Of a DNA stretch of 64,000 nucleotides, positions 1-13,645 are shown piece by piece. Where the stretch lies: the NCBI GenBank assembly GCA_030295235.1, contig AP026131.1, positions 806,001-870,000 of the forward strand, in the 5' to 3' direction. The stretch's first letter is position 1, and each line of letters opens with the position of its first letter. This DNA is from Fistulifera solaris (Eukaryota). Both the position numbers and the translations under genes were made by a program. The notes beneath the pieces are model-generated. The model made no database searches. It was given only the letters and a program-made list of their open reading frames with translations, and had not been told where the DNA came from.

Positions 1-3000
1 CCTCGCCGAGCATGGTTTTCATCTGAATAGACGTGGCGAAACCCATAACGGGAACGCATCCTATTGCGAGCAGAGCAAACTGCCACATAAACTAAATATC
101 AAAAAGAATGGATAAGAGAAAAAATTAGTGAGGATCAAAAAAGTGCTGTTTGCGTTTCAATGAAAGTACTTACGATGAAGGAGATGGTGACACCAGTGAT
201 GATAGATGACAAGGCAACAATCAGCTGACGAATTGGTTCACCAGAGAAGGCCTGAATACGAGCGGCATCATCTTGAAGTTCAGACGTAATTCGCCCGATG
301 CTTCGCTTGTCGAAAAAGGCAACTTCTTGCCGAACAATCGCATTGAAAGCCGAATCTCGAACTCGTTTACTGAGACGTTCGCTTGCATGTCCAAAACCCC
401 AGAATACAAGAACATTGCCGATGACACAGCCGATGACAAGACATAACCAGTATATTGCAACTCTAAATGATCCGTCCTGAATTTCGTCCGCAACAGACGT
501 CCAGTACTCTTGACAAGAGTCGAAGCCATCTATGATATTTCCGTCAGCATCTGGGCACACTTCAACGCGGCGAAACAATAAATCAATCGTTTCAGAAAAG
601 AGAATGCCCCAGGAGGGAAATACCCCGCCTGCTAACACAGCCCCGATACTTCCAATCATAATGAAAAATGCATCGGGGGAAGCGAGACCGCGGGCCCTGG
701 CAGCATCAAAGGCTTCGGCTTGTTCTTTTCAATTTCACTTTCCCAATTGACTTCTTCCTCTTCTTCTGCTGAGCCCTTTGAATCTGTTTTACTAGCATTA
801 AGAGTCGTCAAAGTAGATTTCATTTTTGAAGAATCAAAGAGGCGCTTGTATAGTCCATGAGGTTTCGAAATCAATTCATCGTGGGTACCATGCTCCAGCA
901 CCTTGCCGTTTCCGATGTAAGCAATTGTATCGGCATTTCGAATAGTGGAAAGGCGATGTGCGATAACGATGACCGTCTGAGAACGAGATTCCATCAATTT
1001 ATCGATCGCCGCTTGAACGACAGCTTCACTTTCATTGTCCAAAGCACTTGTTGCTTCGTCCAAAATGAGTAACTTAGGTTTCTTCACAAGCGCCCTTTAC
1101 AATCAAAATATACTCCACACGTCAGAAGTGACCAGCTAAAGAAAGGCCTATCGAGCGAAATGCGATTACGTACCGAGCAATTGCCACACGTTGCTTTTGT
1201 CCACCGCTAAGCTGTGTTCCACGTTCGCCTACTGGCGTATTGTAACCTTCGGGAAAGGTCATAATGAAGTCGTGTGCGTTACTTTGCTTCGCAGCCTCTT
1301 CAATCTCTACCTGCGTCGCACCCGGAAAGCCATACGCGATGTTACCCGCAATGGTATCGTTGAACAGCGTAGGTTCTTGGCCCACGTATCCAATCTGGTC
1401 GCGATACCAGGACACATTCAGAGCCCTGTGGTACAATGTATTACAATGAGTACAAATGTCCAGCACATCAACAAAACGATATCTCCAAAACAATTCAACT
1501 CACTTCAAGTCAACACCGTTGTAAAGAACTGAACCTTCCAAGGGATCGTAGAAGCGCTCAATCAGACCCACGGTGGTTGATTTGCCACCTCCCGACGGAC
1601 CGACAAGAGCCAGAGTTTCACCGCGACGGACCTTAAGGCAGAAGTTGTCGAAAACGCGCTTCTTCGGTCGTGTAGGATAGGCAAAGTTCACATTGTGGAA
1701 CTCAAGGTGTGGTACATCATCGGACGCGATATCGGAAACAGTCGCACCCTCCTCGTTCGATGCAAGAGCTGTCAAATCCACTGAGCTGCCACCACGCGAA
1801 GATGGCTCAGAATCAGTGCCTCCACCTTCCTGCTTTTGAACTAACCGATAGTAATATTCCTTCAACGCAAGAAGCCCATCGTGCGTCCCGCTTTCCACCA
1901 CTTTACCTCCCTGAATAACGTGGATCTTATCAGCGTTACGAATCGTCGACAACCGGTGAGCAATGATGATTGTAGTGATCTTTTTCTTCTGCAAAATACT
2001 GTCCAAGGCATCTTGAACCACAAGTTCAGACTCAGCATCAAGCGCACTGGTGGCTTCGTCAAGCAACAGAATACGGGGATTGCCGACCAAAACACGAGCA
2101 ATCGCAATACGTTGCTTCTGGCCACCCGAAAGCTGCGATCCCTTGTCTCCCACTTGCGTGTCGTATCCGTCCGTGAAAGCACTGATGAAGTCATGTGCAT
2201 TTGCCATGCGAGCCGCCTCTTCCACTTGTTCATCAGTAGCGTCGGGGTTACCATATCGAATGTTGCCTCGAATCGTGGTGGCGAACAACGTGGGCTCCTG
2301 ACCGACATAGCCAATCATCCGACGCAAATGTGTGACATTGTATTCCTTCAAATCTTTCCCGTCCAACTCGATTACACCAGAAAGCGGATCATAAAATCGT
2401 TCCAGAAGCGAAACTATAGTTGACTTCCCTCCTCCACTACTTCCAACAAACGCGACGGTTTGTCCAGCTGCGATTTCGACGTTCATGCCGTTCAAGATAG
2501 GGTCCCCGGGACGAGTTGGGTAGTTGAAGTGCACGTCTTTCACATTAATGCTGCCTGCTATCGATTCCGGTTTGAAACCTGTCGTTGCTGTGGAATCGAT
2601 CTGATACTTCGGAAGAATGGCTTTGAGAACTTGCTCAACCTCTTCCGATGACTTGTTGGATTTCGCCGAACGTGTCGTCATGCTCAAGGCATCATCTTTC
2701 GGCTTGAAGATTTTTCTTTTCAGGAGCGCCGGGCAAGCGGTTGATCGTTTGCAATGCTTCGTAGACAGCCACTCGTGCTTGGGTAAAAGCCTCACTGAAG
2801 TTTCCAAATTGGGAGACACCTTGAGCAGCAAAGGCAACGCCCAGCATTGCTCCGAAAACGTCCGGACCTGTAGACTCGCAAGCAACGGCGCCAGCAACAC
2901 CAGCACTCGGGTCACAGCCTGTGTCATCTATATCACGGTAAAACAAGGCAGTACCGTACAGGGACAGGGTAGCGTAAAGAAGTAGAAACGAGCCTAACAT

Positions 3001-3904
3001 AGAACCTGTGTGTATTGTGAATAAAAGTGGGTCGAGTCAGAAACCAGCATAAATGGACGTCTGAAAGCCCAGTGACCTTACCGTTCGCAAGACCAATTTT
3101 CAACAACATAGATGTTGCCATCTTCATAGCCTCACTTGTTGCTTCTTCATACTGTCGGATGAACGACGGAATGGCGTTCAAAGACAAGACGGTTCGAATC
3201 GACGAAACCGTGGTGTAGGCTACAGAACCAGCTTTACTATAGGCTTCCGCCGACCTGGTTCCTTTTCCTTGATTGAAAGTCATGACCGCCATCGCTGACG
3301 CGGAAACAAAGGGAATGACACAAAGAACCACCAACGCCACTCGCCAAGACGAATAAAATGCATACGCGATACCAAAGATCCCAGTGCAGAGAAACTGAAT
3401 ACCTTCTCCAAATTTACGTCCCAACCCACGTCGGTACTTGGTGGACGCCGGCCCTACCGCATTTGCCATGCCTGCCGTATCGTTGACGTCAAAGTACGCA
3501 GCATCTTGTCGCAAAAGAGCTTTGAACCATTTCAGACGCAGATTCATGCAACCACGGTAGGCGCATATTTCGAAGCACCACCCTTGTATGAGACTAGCAA
3601 CCAGCGCATAGGCTCCTACCACCAAAAAAGTGTACGCCAGTTCTCTGACTTGTGCCAGACCGTCATTACTTGCCGCCGAGATGTCCGAAAAGCTGTTACT
3701 GAACAAATATGCCAGAGCCGGGTAGACCATGCCGTTCGCAATCCCCGCAATAAAACCGACAACAAAAAGAAGCTGTGTCGAGAAGCCGCATTCGAAGAGG
3801 AACCCGAGTGTTTCGCCCACGGAAGCTTGTGGAGCTGCGCTCTTACGGCTCTTCGATGAATCAACTTGGCGTGAAGTTTCGGCAAGCTTATCTGTTGCAG
3901 CCAT
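1..3904 (-). CDS. ABCB (MDR/P-glycoprotein-like) ABC transporter, 3'-truncated by window; domain order TMD-NBD-NBD-TMD
   Basis: Two complete NBDs ([33 protein letters not shown] and [33 protein letters not shown]) and two ABCB-type TMDs. GT-AG introns at ~3006-3081, 1426-1503, 1095-1173 and ~92-174; apparent frameshifts near 2715 and 740. Confidence 0.95.
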
Positions 3905-4800
3905 TTTTGACGCTGTTGACGCTCTTGACGCTGAAGGAAATTCTGGTTACAATGTCGCTGCTTGGAAAGGAAATAATTACAGGGCAACAGTCCGATCTTT
4001 ATAATTCTCCTTACCAGGTAATGAAAGCCGACGAAGCACAAGCAGAGCTGACTTTGCAATGACACGTCCTAGGAATAAAAGAATGGGGTCGAAATGGAAC
4101 AGTCTCAATGAAGGCGGAGGAACGCATGGGAACCGCCGCGAACAAAAGGAGACGTGCATAGCGTTTTCGAACTCCATTTTCCAGTTTCTCTTTCTGACTC
4201 AGCTATAGATTAGGATGTACTAGCGTCTACTGATCATTGTCAAAGTGGAATGAATCTACATTTATCGCTTAGTGTGCACTTCTCACTATTCACTTTAAAG
4301 TACAGTGCTTTTACTCCAAGCTCCAAGCGTCAGTCACTCAGTCGGTAGCCGACCCGCGCCCGCCCGGACTGCCGAGTCTGGGGTCTGGGGCGGACCTCCG
4401 TAGGTCTCTCTAGTCCAGCCGATGTCCGCGTCCCGCGTCCGCTGGTTGGTGGCTCGCAGAGTTCGCAGTCTGCAATCGACTGCAAGGCTGCAAGGACGTT
4501 TTAGTCGTGACTCGTGACCCAAACAGGACATTATGATGTCATTCAGTCCCGACTATAAGTCCTTCATCGTCGTTGGCGACAGCACGCGCGCACGCGCCTA
4601 CACTTTGTATTACATTTTAAACCGAGACACGAGTGAGAACTGCGAACCGAACAAGAAACGAAGAAGACGCCAAAAGTAAAGTTGCGCCTCAACCGTTAAG
4701 AACCATCATCTTATGCATCACAAACACAAAAAAAATAATATCGTCTGACGAGCTAAAACAGGGTCGAGAAAATTATCCATAACGACTGCTGCAGGCCACG

Positions 4801-6888
4801 ATGACATTCCTTCTCCATTGTAAATTGCCTGCTCTTATCGCTGTGATGCGCATAGCGCTGTCGGCATCGGAATGTCGGATTTACATGGCCCCATCGTCGC
4901 TCGGCGGCGCATCGTTCGGAACCTACACAACATCACCGATTGACGAAGGAGAACAATTGCTGAGAGGAAATGACGGTCCGAATATTGCTGTTATCGATCC
5001 CCATCAAGATGGTTCGCCAAAGCAACTCCAGTGGACCGAGTTATTCGACAACTATTGGTGGGGCCGAGGGGTTGCCGATCAAGTATTCTACGAAGCAAAA
5101 ACAGTGCTCGATTTTCAAGACACGTTTGGTTCGCTCCCGAATCACCACTGTGTATTGGTAAGACGTCTCAGCTTCTTTACTTCTTTAAACGATAGACCAC
5201 TTACACGTTTGTTTGCTTGAACGAAAGGACTCGATATGGCATCGTGCGCCACAAATCGCTTACCTGGACTTTATGGATCCTGGCAGCCCTGGAACGGGTG
5301 CGTTTTCGTATCACACCAGTCGCCAGTTCTATGCGTCGGTACGTTATAATGTGTACTACGACCACTTTGCATGATTGATGGCATTCTCGACTCATTCTTT
5401 GAACAGAGAAAACTGCAAGCGGGGGAAGAGATATTTCTAAATTACGGTCACTGCTCGGACGAGGGTTCTGATTTGTTTAGTTCACCCGACTGGAGTAGCC
5501 TCATTGCGAAAACCAATGACTACAAACTCGCTACAAATGTTGCTATTTATCTTTTATCGGTTCATTTGTCAAAGCCACTGTCAACTGATGAATACCAACA
5601 TTTGATTAACACAACCAAGGTTTATCAAGGAGAGATTGTGAGCGGAAGGGTTCGCTTGTTGCTACCAAATACTATAGAAGAACTGATACAAGTATTAGCA
5701 GTCGATCCTGAATTACCGCTTGAACAGAAACTCGCACGATTTGTGGGAAAAGCTATATCTTCTCCGGAATGGATCAAAGAAAATGGATTTTGTTTGGAGA
5801 ATTTGCGACCCGCTCCTAGTACATTACCCAACGCTGGACAGGGCGCTTTCGCACAAAATGTCATCGAGAAAGGCGAAATCATTGTTCCGGTTCCCTTGCT
5901 TCACGTTATGGACCGCGAGGCATTCCGACTTCCCGATGATAAATACCAGCTCATGTTGAATTACTGTTTTGGACACGAAGAATCCAGCTTGCTACTGTGC
6001 CCTCTGACCAATGCCGTTCTGATCAATCACTGCAGCTCACACCGACAACAATGTGGACCCGAGGGCCCGAATGCTGTCCTGCAGTGGTCTACCGGTTGGG
6101 AACCGCGACAAGATGAATTCACGAACATGACCATCGCAGAGTTAGGAGAACAACCGGGCCGCGGACTGGCCTTTGAAGTGATCGCGACACGACGCATTGA
6201 GCCTGGTGAAGAGGTACGTAGTGTAACGCTTTTCTTGTCGCAGCAGCGGATATTTTCACTCACATTGCGCGACTCGTAAAAGGTATTCATCGACTACGGT
6301 GTTTCTTGGGAGAGAGCATGGGAAGAGCATGTTGCCACATGGGAAACGCCCTATTCGTCGAATTACATTTCAATTCAAAGCCTGAACGACGAGATGGTTA
6401 CTCCAAAAATGTCGGGCGATTTGCGTGAAATTGAAGATACGACTTTCTTTACCGGATGTTTTTACTGGACGAGTTCGGACGACTATGATTCTAGTTACGT
6501 CGAAGAGAACCCTGACTGGACCGAAATGAGCGATGAGGAAATTTTGGAGCACTACTCCAGCGACGGAAGCATTTTTGTTGGTGATTATGAGTCTCATAAC
6601 GGGAACAACTATTGGCCATGCTCCGTTTTGTACGAAGATACCGAAGAGGGTGACGACGAGAGTTATACCGTCCGCATTCACCAGGCACCTTTCGGTGACA
6701 CCATGCCGTGGGATGAAAAGGATTTGCCTCGTATATTGACGAAATACCCTCGTTCGTCCATACATTTCTTCAAACGGCCGTATCAAAGTGCCCAACATTT
6801 GCCGAAGGCGTTCCGTCATTCCATCGGCATCCCGAACCACATGTTCCCATTGCAGTGGAGAAACCGATACTACGAAGCAACAAAATGA
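4801..6888 (+). CDS. Secreted/ER SET-domain protein (diatom BacSET-like), multi-exon
   Basis: N-terminal hydrophobic signal followed by CxIYMAPSS. Two SET-like segments (PNHH...GEEIFLNYG; STLPNAGQGAFA...LINH...ATRRIEPGEE(V)FIDYG) and C-terminal FRHSIGIP..MFP.QW. Introns ~5158-5229, ~5339-5408 and ~6214-6282. Confidence 0.85.
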
Positions 6889-7166
6889 TCTTACCGGTAT
6901 CGTTTGTTAATTAACTTATTTTGTAAATATTGTTTTATGTACCGCTTTCTTTTTTCTTTTTGTCCGTCTTTCGCTCGCGTGCAGACGGAGCAAAAAAGCA
7001 GAAGCCAAAAAGGTGCGACGACGTTTCCGTGTGACTTTCCCTTGACTGAATCCGTTCCATTCTCTCATTCATTCATTGCTAAATCGGTGAATCATCGAAA
7101 GACAGAGAAAGACAGCACCAGCAATTCGCAATATTGGTTTTGAAAGGAGCTCCAGATTCATACAGA

Positions 7167-9909
7167 ATGTCTTCTGCACTGACCGACGACGACGATGAAC
7201 GCGATTCGGAGGAACGCCGGCCCTCGTCAACGAGAATTACAGGGAGTCTCCCATGATCCCTTTACCAACGAGTATCAATATTTGCATCATGATTGTTGGT
7301 ACACACGGTGACGTTCTCCCTTTTACCGGCTTGGCTTTATCATTGAAAGAAATGGGTCACCGCGTCCGCATTGCTACACACGAAGTGCATCGACATACGG
7401 TCGTTAGCAAGGGTATTGAATTTTATCCCATGGCGGGCGATCCGAAATTGCTTTCCAGTTGGATGGTACAGACAGGTGGGTCGATTTGGGGAGAAGCCAA
7501 GCATCCTGGCCTGATTCCCGAAAAGACGAGAGCCGTCTTGGAAATCTTAAAGAGCTCGTGGCCGGCGGCCGTCGAGACCGATCCACTCGACGCTTCGGCA
7601 CAGCCATTTGTCGCCGACGCCATTATCGCCAATCCGCCGGTCATGGGGCATATTCACGTGGCCGAAGCATTGGGGATCCCGTGTCATATCATGTTCCCAC
7701 AGCCCTGGTACTATGGAACGAGTGCTTTCCCTCATCCCATGGCGGGGATGGATTATGTCGAAGGAAGAACCGGTAATTCACAATCTTATCAAGTGTTTGA
7801 AGCACTGGCTTGGACCAATTTCGGACGTGAAATCAATCAATGGCGCAAATGGACCTTGAAATTACCAGCCGTTTCCGCCTACAGTAGCTCTCCCAACTTT
7901 GTGAGGCACGCTCGACTTCCTTTTTCGGCCATGTGGAGCCCAGCTTTTGTTCCAAAGCCGGACGACTGGCCCGATCAATGCAAAGTTGTCGGTACTTTTG
8001 TGATAGATCAAAAATCAACCGCCGACTTATCACCTTTTTTGAGTTTGCAAAGGTGGTTGGATTCAGGAGACAAACCAGTTTTCATCGGTTTCGGAAGTAT
8101 GATAATTAAAGATCCCTCTCGCATTGAATCCATCATCCGAGAAGCAGCATTAGAAGCGAAGTGCCGCGTTGTGGTACAATCCAGCTGGACAAAACTGGAC
8201 GTGGAGCTACCGCAAGGAGCGGAAGGTTCCGAATTGTTGAGAAATGTCGGCCCGTGTCCACACGACTGGTTGTTACCGCAGTGCTGCGCTGTTGTCCATC
8301 ATGGTGGAGCTGGGACTGTAGCTGCGGGTTTGAGGCTCGGCTTACCAACGCTGGTTTGCCCCTTCTTTGCCGATCAATTCATGTGGGGCTTCTTTGTCGA
8401 GGAAGCAGGCGTAGGGCCGAAAGCGTGCCCCGTCAACAAACTTACGAAAGACTGTCTTGTGGAGAAGCTGTTTGCCCTAAAAGATCCAGAGATCCGCCAA
8501 AAAGCACAAGGCCTAGCTGAGAAAATGAAGGTTGAGGACGGAATTCAGGGTGGCTTAATACATTTCTTGGATTCGCTTCCACGTGAAAATATGCTTTGCG
8601 ACGTCTCCTTACTGCTCGGTGAAGTCAAGCAAGCACGTTATGAATTGCTGGGTACCAGAATTATTCAGAATGGCATTAAAGTAAGTTCTGAGGTCGCGGC
8701 ATTACTCGAAACGGAATATAAGTTCGACTTTTCCTGGGAGTCTTTCAAAGCATGGTTACCGAGTTTGAAATCCTGGAACGATAGGTATTATTTCACCTAT
8801 GGGATTCGCCGTCATGCCGTATGCAAACACATGCTGACTGGGCACATCCGATCATTTTTGCGGGGGATTTTCACGGCGTTCGGTAAGTAACTACTTCACT
8901 TTGGACTCATTGTAGTCTATGTTTCGTCATGCTAAACGATATCGTTCCTCATGCAACAGGAAGTTCCTTCTTTGCTGGAATCGACGCTTTGTTACAGCTT
9001 TATGTTCTCTCCGACTATCATGCTCGTGTAAATGGAGCCTTTGGATGCATTTTCGGGCTTATTATATCAGCATTTGCTGTCGTGTGGCAACTACTGATGA
9101 TCCTTCCTTTGTTCTTTGATCGAATTATCGTGGGTATTACAAATGGTTGTTTTGGGAAGGACTTTGACTATGTTCTGTATGTGGGGTATAAGGTGCATGT
9201 CTATAAAACGGCTTATGTGGAAGCCGAGAAAGCCTCGATTGCGACTAAAGGGTTTTCGAAAGCGAGGAAAACGGAACTTCTTGAAGCACTTCGATATGTT
9301 GTGAACGCGCGCATTGTCTTTCAAGGAGCTCATCCACATCGCGGTAAACGACACGAGAACTTTCTTTCCGTCAGACTCGACAGATTGCTCAAAATGTTAT
9401 CCATGCCCGAGAGTAAGCGGCTAATGAAGCTTTCGCAGCAGGAGGTCGACGAAGTTGCCGAGCTACTGGCATCCTTATCACGCCCACAAGCAAAGCAGCA
9501 ACAGCAGCAACCTTACTTTACGAAATTCATCATGCGGTTTTCATCTAACAACGAGAAAGATAACGACAACGATAACAACAAAAACAACAATAATTTTGGA
9601 GAGGAGGACGAAGCAAGTGTCGGATCAAAAGGGTCAAAGGGCTCTCGGAACTCACGAGGCAGTATCAAGCGTTCGTTATCTGATTTATCCACTCGAATCA
9701 AAGGAACAATCCACAATTTGATATCTAGCAATCCCGACAAGTACGCTGATACTGAAGTCAGTTTCAGCATGTTCTTGCACTGCCTCCATCTGGTTAGTAA
9801 AGAACGTTACCAGCACAAGTCTCGACGTACATTATTTCGAGATTCATCGTTTTATATGAAAGACATTGATGGTTCCAACATTGATGGATTCTCGGAGTAT
9901 CTATTCTGA
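7167..9909 (+). CDS. Sterol 3-beta-glucosyltransferase (UGT80/GT28-like) with C-terminal extension
   Basis: [51 protein letters not shown] motifs. Intron 8883-8960; ATG 7167 needs a frameshift to join ORF 7253. Confidence 0.9.
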
Positions 9910-10844
9910 TGCTCTTCCATTTCTAATTTTAAGCTCTATTTGGTTTTGTTGCCAAGGCAAACGTCTTTTGTCCCGGAATGAATTTTTCTAGGTTACCCTA
10001 GGACGAAAGCGTGACTGAGTTTCAGTTGTGATTACCGTCAAGCTAGCTTGAACAAGCAAGAATTACGGCTTGAAAGGTTTTGACCGGACCATCAAGCCAT
10101 ACATAAAAAATGATGCCTAAAACACGATTGTTACAATAATGAAATGAAGTGAGTCTTAATGCATTTCAAAAGAACAAAGTTTAAAAGGATAGTTTGACTT
10201 GGCTAGAATATCATTCATGACTGAAAATGCAATCGTGAAAAAAGTAATCTACACTTAGGTCTATAGTAAACAATCTTTTCTTTTATAGATTAGAGTTTAA
10301 GCAAAGGAATCTAGAATCTCACAAGATCTTGTTTACAACACGAGATAACACGCATGCACGCATGCGTTTCGAGATGAGTCAGTGTAGTGTGAAGTGTACA
10401 ATCACTGACGGATGCCATTGTCCACTCATCACAGTGCGGTGTTCGAAATCATCCCTGCGACAAGATTTGCCGTGCTCGAAGGTGACGAAAGCAACACAAG
10501 CAGGCGGCAAATTCTTCTGTGTGACTTCTTAGTCAGTGAGTCCTATTACGTTTCATTGACATCTCTTGCTTCAGCAATTGACTTGTAGCAATTAATCTGC
10601 AATTTGCCCTTCTTATATTATTAAACGTTTGGAAAAGCAGGTGCGTTTTGAGCCGACACACGTTGCCGAGAGGAGTGACAAAGCGTCTGGACGAGAGCAA
10701 CCGTGTGATTTTCTTCTCGAAATTGTGAATCAAATATCGATCTTTCATCACATTTCTCACGTCGTTTACGGTCGTTGTTCGTGTCTTTCTCTCCATAACC
10801 AGTTTCTTTTAGTCAATTTTGTAGTTTGAGGCCACACAACAAAC

Positions 10845-12412
10845 ATGATGATACGATTCGATTCAATAACACACTGGCTAGTAGTCGGAACTTTTCTTAG
10901 TCTGCAAACGACGGCATTTACACCGCAAAGAAATTTTGACAGAGTGAAGTCGTCAGTAAATCCACAAACTTCGACGACTTCGTTTTCGATGGTCAGCCAG
11001 TTAGAGAAACATGCGACCTCATTGAATAGTAACGTTGCTCGCAGTAGCCCCGTGGTCGTTAGTGAGGAAGCGGAAGCACTATCTCATTCAGAAACAACTA
11101 TGAAGTTGACCCCATCATTCGAGTTATTTCAATTGTTAGAAGAATTTGAAGGAGGAAAGGCTCCTCCTTCTATGAGCGGTAATGCACTACGAACGCCGAT
11201 TCAAAATGGAAAAGACACACTGGCCGGTTTCGATCTGAGTGAATATTTAAAGAACCCCAAACTCATTGAGGCACTACCGGATCCTTTCAAAATGGTAGAA
11301 AAGAGTTACAACCTTTCAGCGACAGCATCAAGGAGCTTGTTTCAACCGATCAACCCATACTTAGCATGGCAGCCAAACATTTCTTCGAAAAACGCCACGG
11401 CAAACGCTTTCGACCAACCATTGTGCAACTCGTGGCCAAAGCAGTAGCTGCTGCAACTCCGGATACGGGCGTCCCCTCTGGTAACGTACAGTGGTCAGGA
11501 GCGAGCACTTTGGCAGAAGCTGTGACTCCAGAGAATCACCAAGGCAGTGACGTTTGGCGCCGTCAGGCGCAGTTGGGCCAGATTGTAGAGATGATTCATG
11601 TTGCCAGTCTCATTCACGACGATGTCTTGGACGAAGCAGACACCCGACGTGGAGGTGAAGCCGTCCATAAGCTCTATTCCAACAAAGTAGCTGTTCTGGC
11701 CGGCGACTACCTACTAGCACGAGCTTCGGTTCTGCTCGCTCGACTCGAAAATACGGCCGTGGTTCAAATCATGGCTACTGCACTGGAGTCTTTGGTAGCC
11801 GGTGAAATCATGCAACTGAAAAGTCCACCGGAAACACTTCTGGAAATGGAAACGTACTTGCGAAAAAGTTATTACAAAACTGCATCACTGATTTGCTACG
11901 CGTGTCGCTCAACGGCTCTCTTGGGCGGGCACGTTTATGACTCTGCTGCGGCAACAGCATGTGAAGAATTTGGCTTCCACCTTGGTCTCGCTTATCAAAT
12001 TCAAGATGATATTCTCGATTTTACAGCCGCAGCATCTGTGTTGGGAAAGCCGGCTTTAGCCGACATGGACTTGGGGCTCAGCACAGCGCCGATTTTGTAT
12101 GCAGCCCAGGAAACGCCCAGTTTACGCGCTTTGGTCATGAGAAGATTCAAAAGAAGGGCGACAAACAAGCTGCTCTGGAAGCGTTATACAAAAGCGATAC
12201 AGCAATGGACAAAGCACGGGCTTTGGCCCGCTTTCATGCACAGGTAAGTTTTTTTTTATTTCATCATCACTCCGTACTGTCTGGCTAGCATTATCTCATT
12301 CGATTCTTTTTGAAACAGAGAGCGATCGACGCATTACTGCGCTTACCCCAGTCCGACTCCCGGGACGCCTTAATCCGGTTAACACACATTGTCATTACAA
12401 GAAAAAAAATAA
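10845..12412 (+). CDS. SPS: Plastid-targeted long-chain trans-prenyl diphosphate synthase (solanesyl-PP synthase-like)
   Basis: GKRFRP, HDDVLD and QDDILD aspartate motifs, YYKTASL; signal peptide ending TTA-F. Intron ~12244-12318; homopolymer frameshifts near 11300, 12150 and 12405. Confidence 0.9.
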
Positions 12413-12629
12413 TAATGGAACCGATCCTTCTGCTAAAAAGATGAGCAGAACCAAGGGCAACAAGTCGCGGCGGAAAACACAGAATTATTTCTGTGCGGTG
12501 CAATCTACACGACAATTTCTCTAGAACAATCTGTTTACTTCCTAGAATGTAATTGCTAAATTGAAAATTCGATGAAATTTCTCTTTTAATGAACTAAAAG
12601 TAAGTGATACAAGAGGTGCAGCAATAAGA

Positions 12630-13211
12630 TCATGCTGCCAGTTCTCGAGCCGGAGGCAAATTTTTCACAAGATGCAAAAGATCCTGCATAACATCGCTCG
12701 CTGACAATATTCCGACAAGATTCTCATGTTCGTCGAGGACCGGCACTCTCGTGAATTGATGCTCGGTCATGAGCAACGATGCCTGTTGCATGGTGTGGTT
12801 GGGCGACACCGAAACCACGAGCGGGCTCATGACATCCACCACTCTTTGCGCACAAATCTTGCGTGCTGTCTCGACATAAGTCTGCACTTGCTCGCGTGAG
12901 CCGCCCATGGGCAGTAACGATCCCTCTAAGGCTTCTTTCTGCAAAAAATCCATCGCCGTTACCATACCGACCACTTTTCCTTCGTCATCGAGAACTGGGG
13001 CACCCGAAATGCCGTTACGAAGCAACAAGCTCATGGCATCATCCAGCGACTGGTCGGGATGAAGGACCACAGTTGGCGCCGACATGCAATCCGCCACATG
13101 TTTCTTCTGCAAGGTCGATACGGGCGTCGAGACGAAGACACGGCCGGTCGAGCTAAAAGCTTGCGTCGATGACAGGAAGAAGAGGATTTGAATAGCCTTG
13201 AACAGTCTCAT
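12630..13211 (-). CDS. Plastid-targeted CBS-pair protein (CBSX-like)
   Basis: Two CBS repeats (ISGAPVLD..VVGMVTAMD; RVPVLD..LVGILSASD); signal peptide ending TQA-F. Confidence 0.9.
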   Translation of the reverse strand: MRLFKAIQILFFLSSTQAFSSTGRVFVSTPVSTLQKKHVADCMSAPTVVLHPDQSLDDAMSLLLRNGISGAPVLDDEGKVVGMVTAMDFLQKEALEGSLLPMGGSREQVQTYVETARKICAQRVVDVMSPLVVSVSPNHTMQQASLLMTEHQFTRVPVLDEHENLVGILSASDVMQDLLHLVKNLPPARELAA

Positions 13212-13645
13212 CGCATTTATCGATAAGGAACCAAGCAGTCTGGATATCTATTGCGTTACAATGAAGGTATCTTGAATAGAAGAATTATTCACAGAATGCG
13301 AACACGTCGTGTTGCGCTACGTAATGCCAAAATGTCTGTCTCGTTGACACGGTTCTTCGACGCAGTGAGCGGCTGCAAATAGTCGGACAGGTACTAATCT
13401 TGTTTTCTAATATGGAAAAGAAACACGACTAAAAAGGACGACTTTTGAGTCACATGTTCTGCTATTGCCACGAAATCGACGTTCGACCGAACTCGAAAGA
13501 TCTCTCGCGGTTTCGAAGAAGATGGATTCCTGCTGGTGTGATTAATCGTTTAGTTGCGCACCCCATCTCATAATCAAAGAAAACAGAGAATCTTTACTGG
13601 AAGATTACATTTGTTCCGTTTCATCAACAACACAAAGCAAACACT

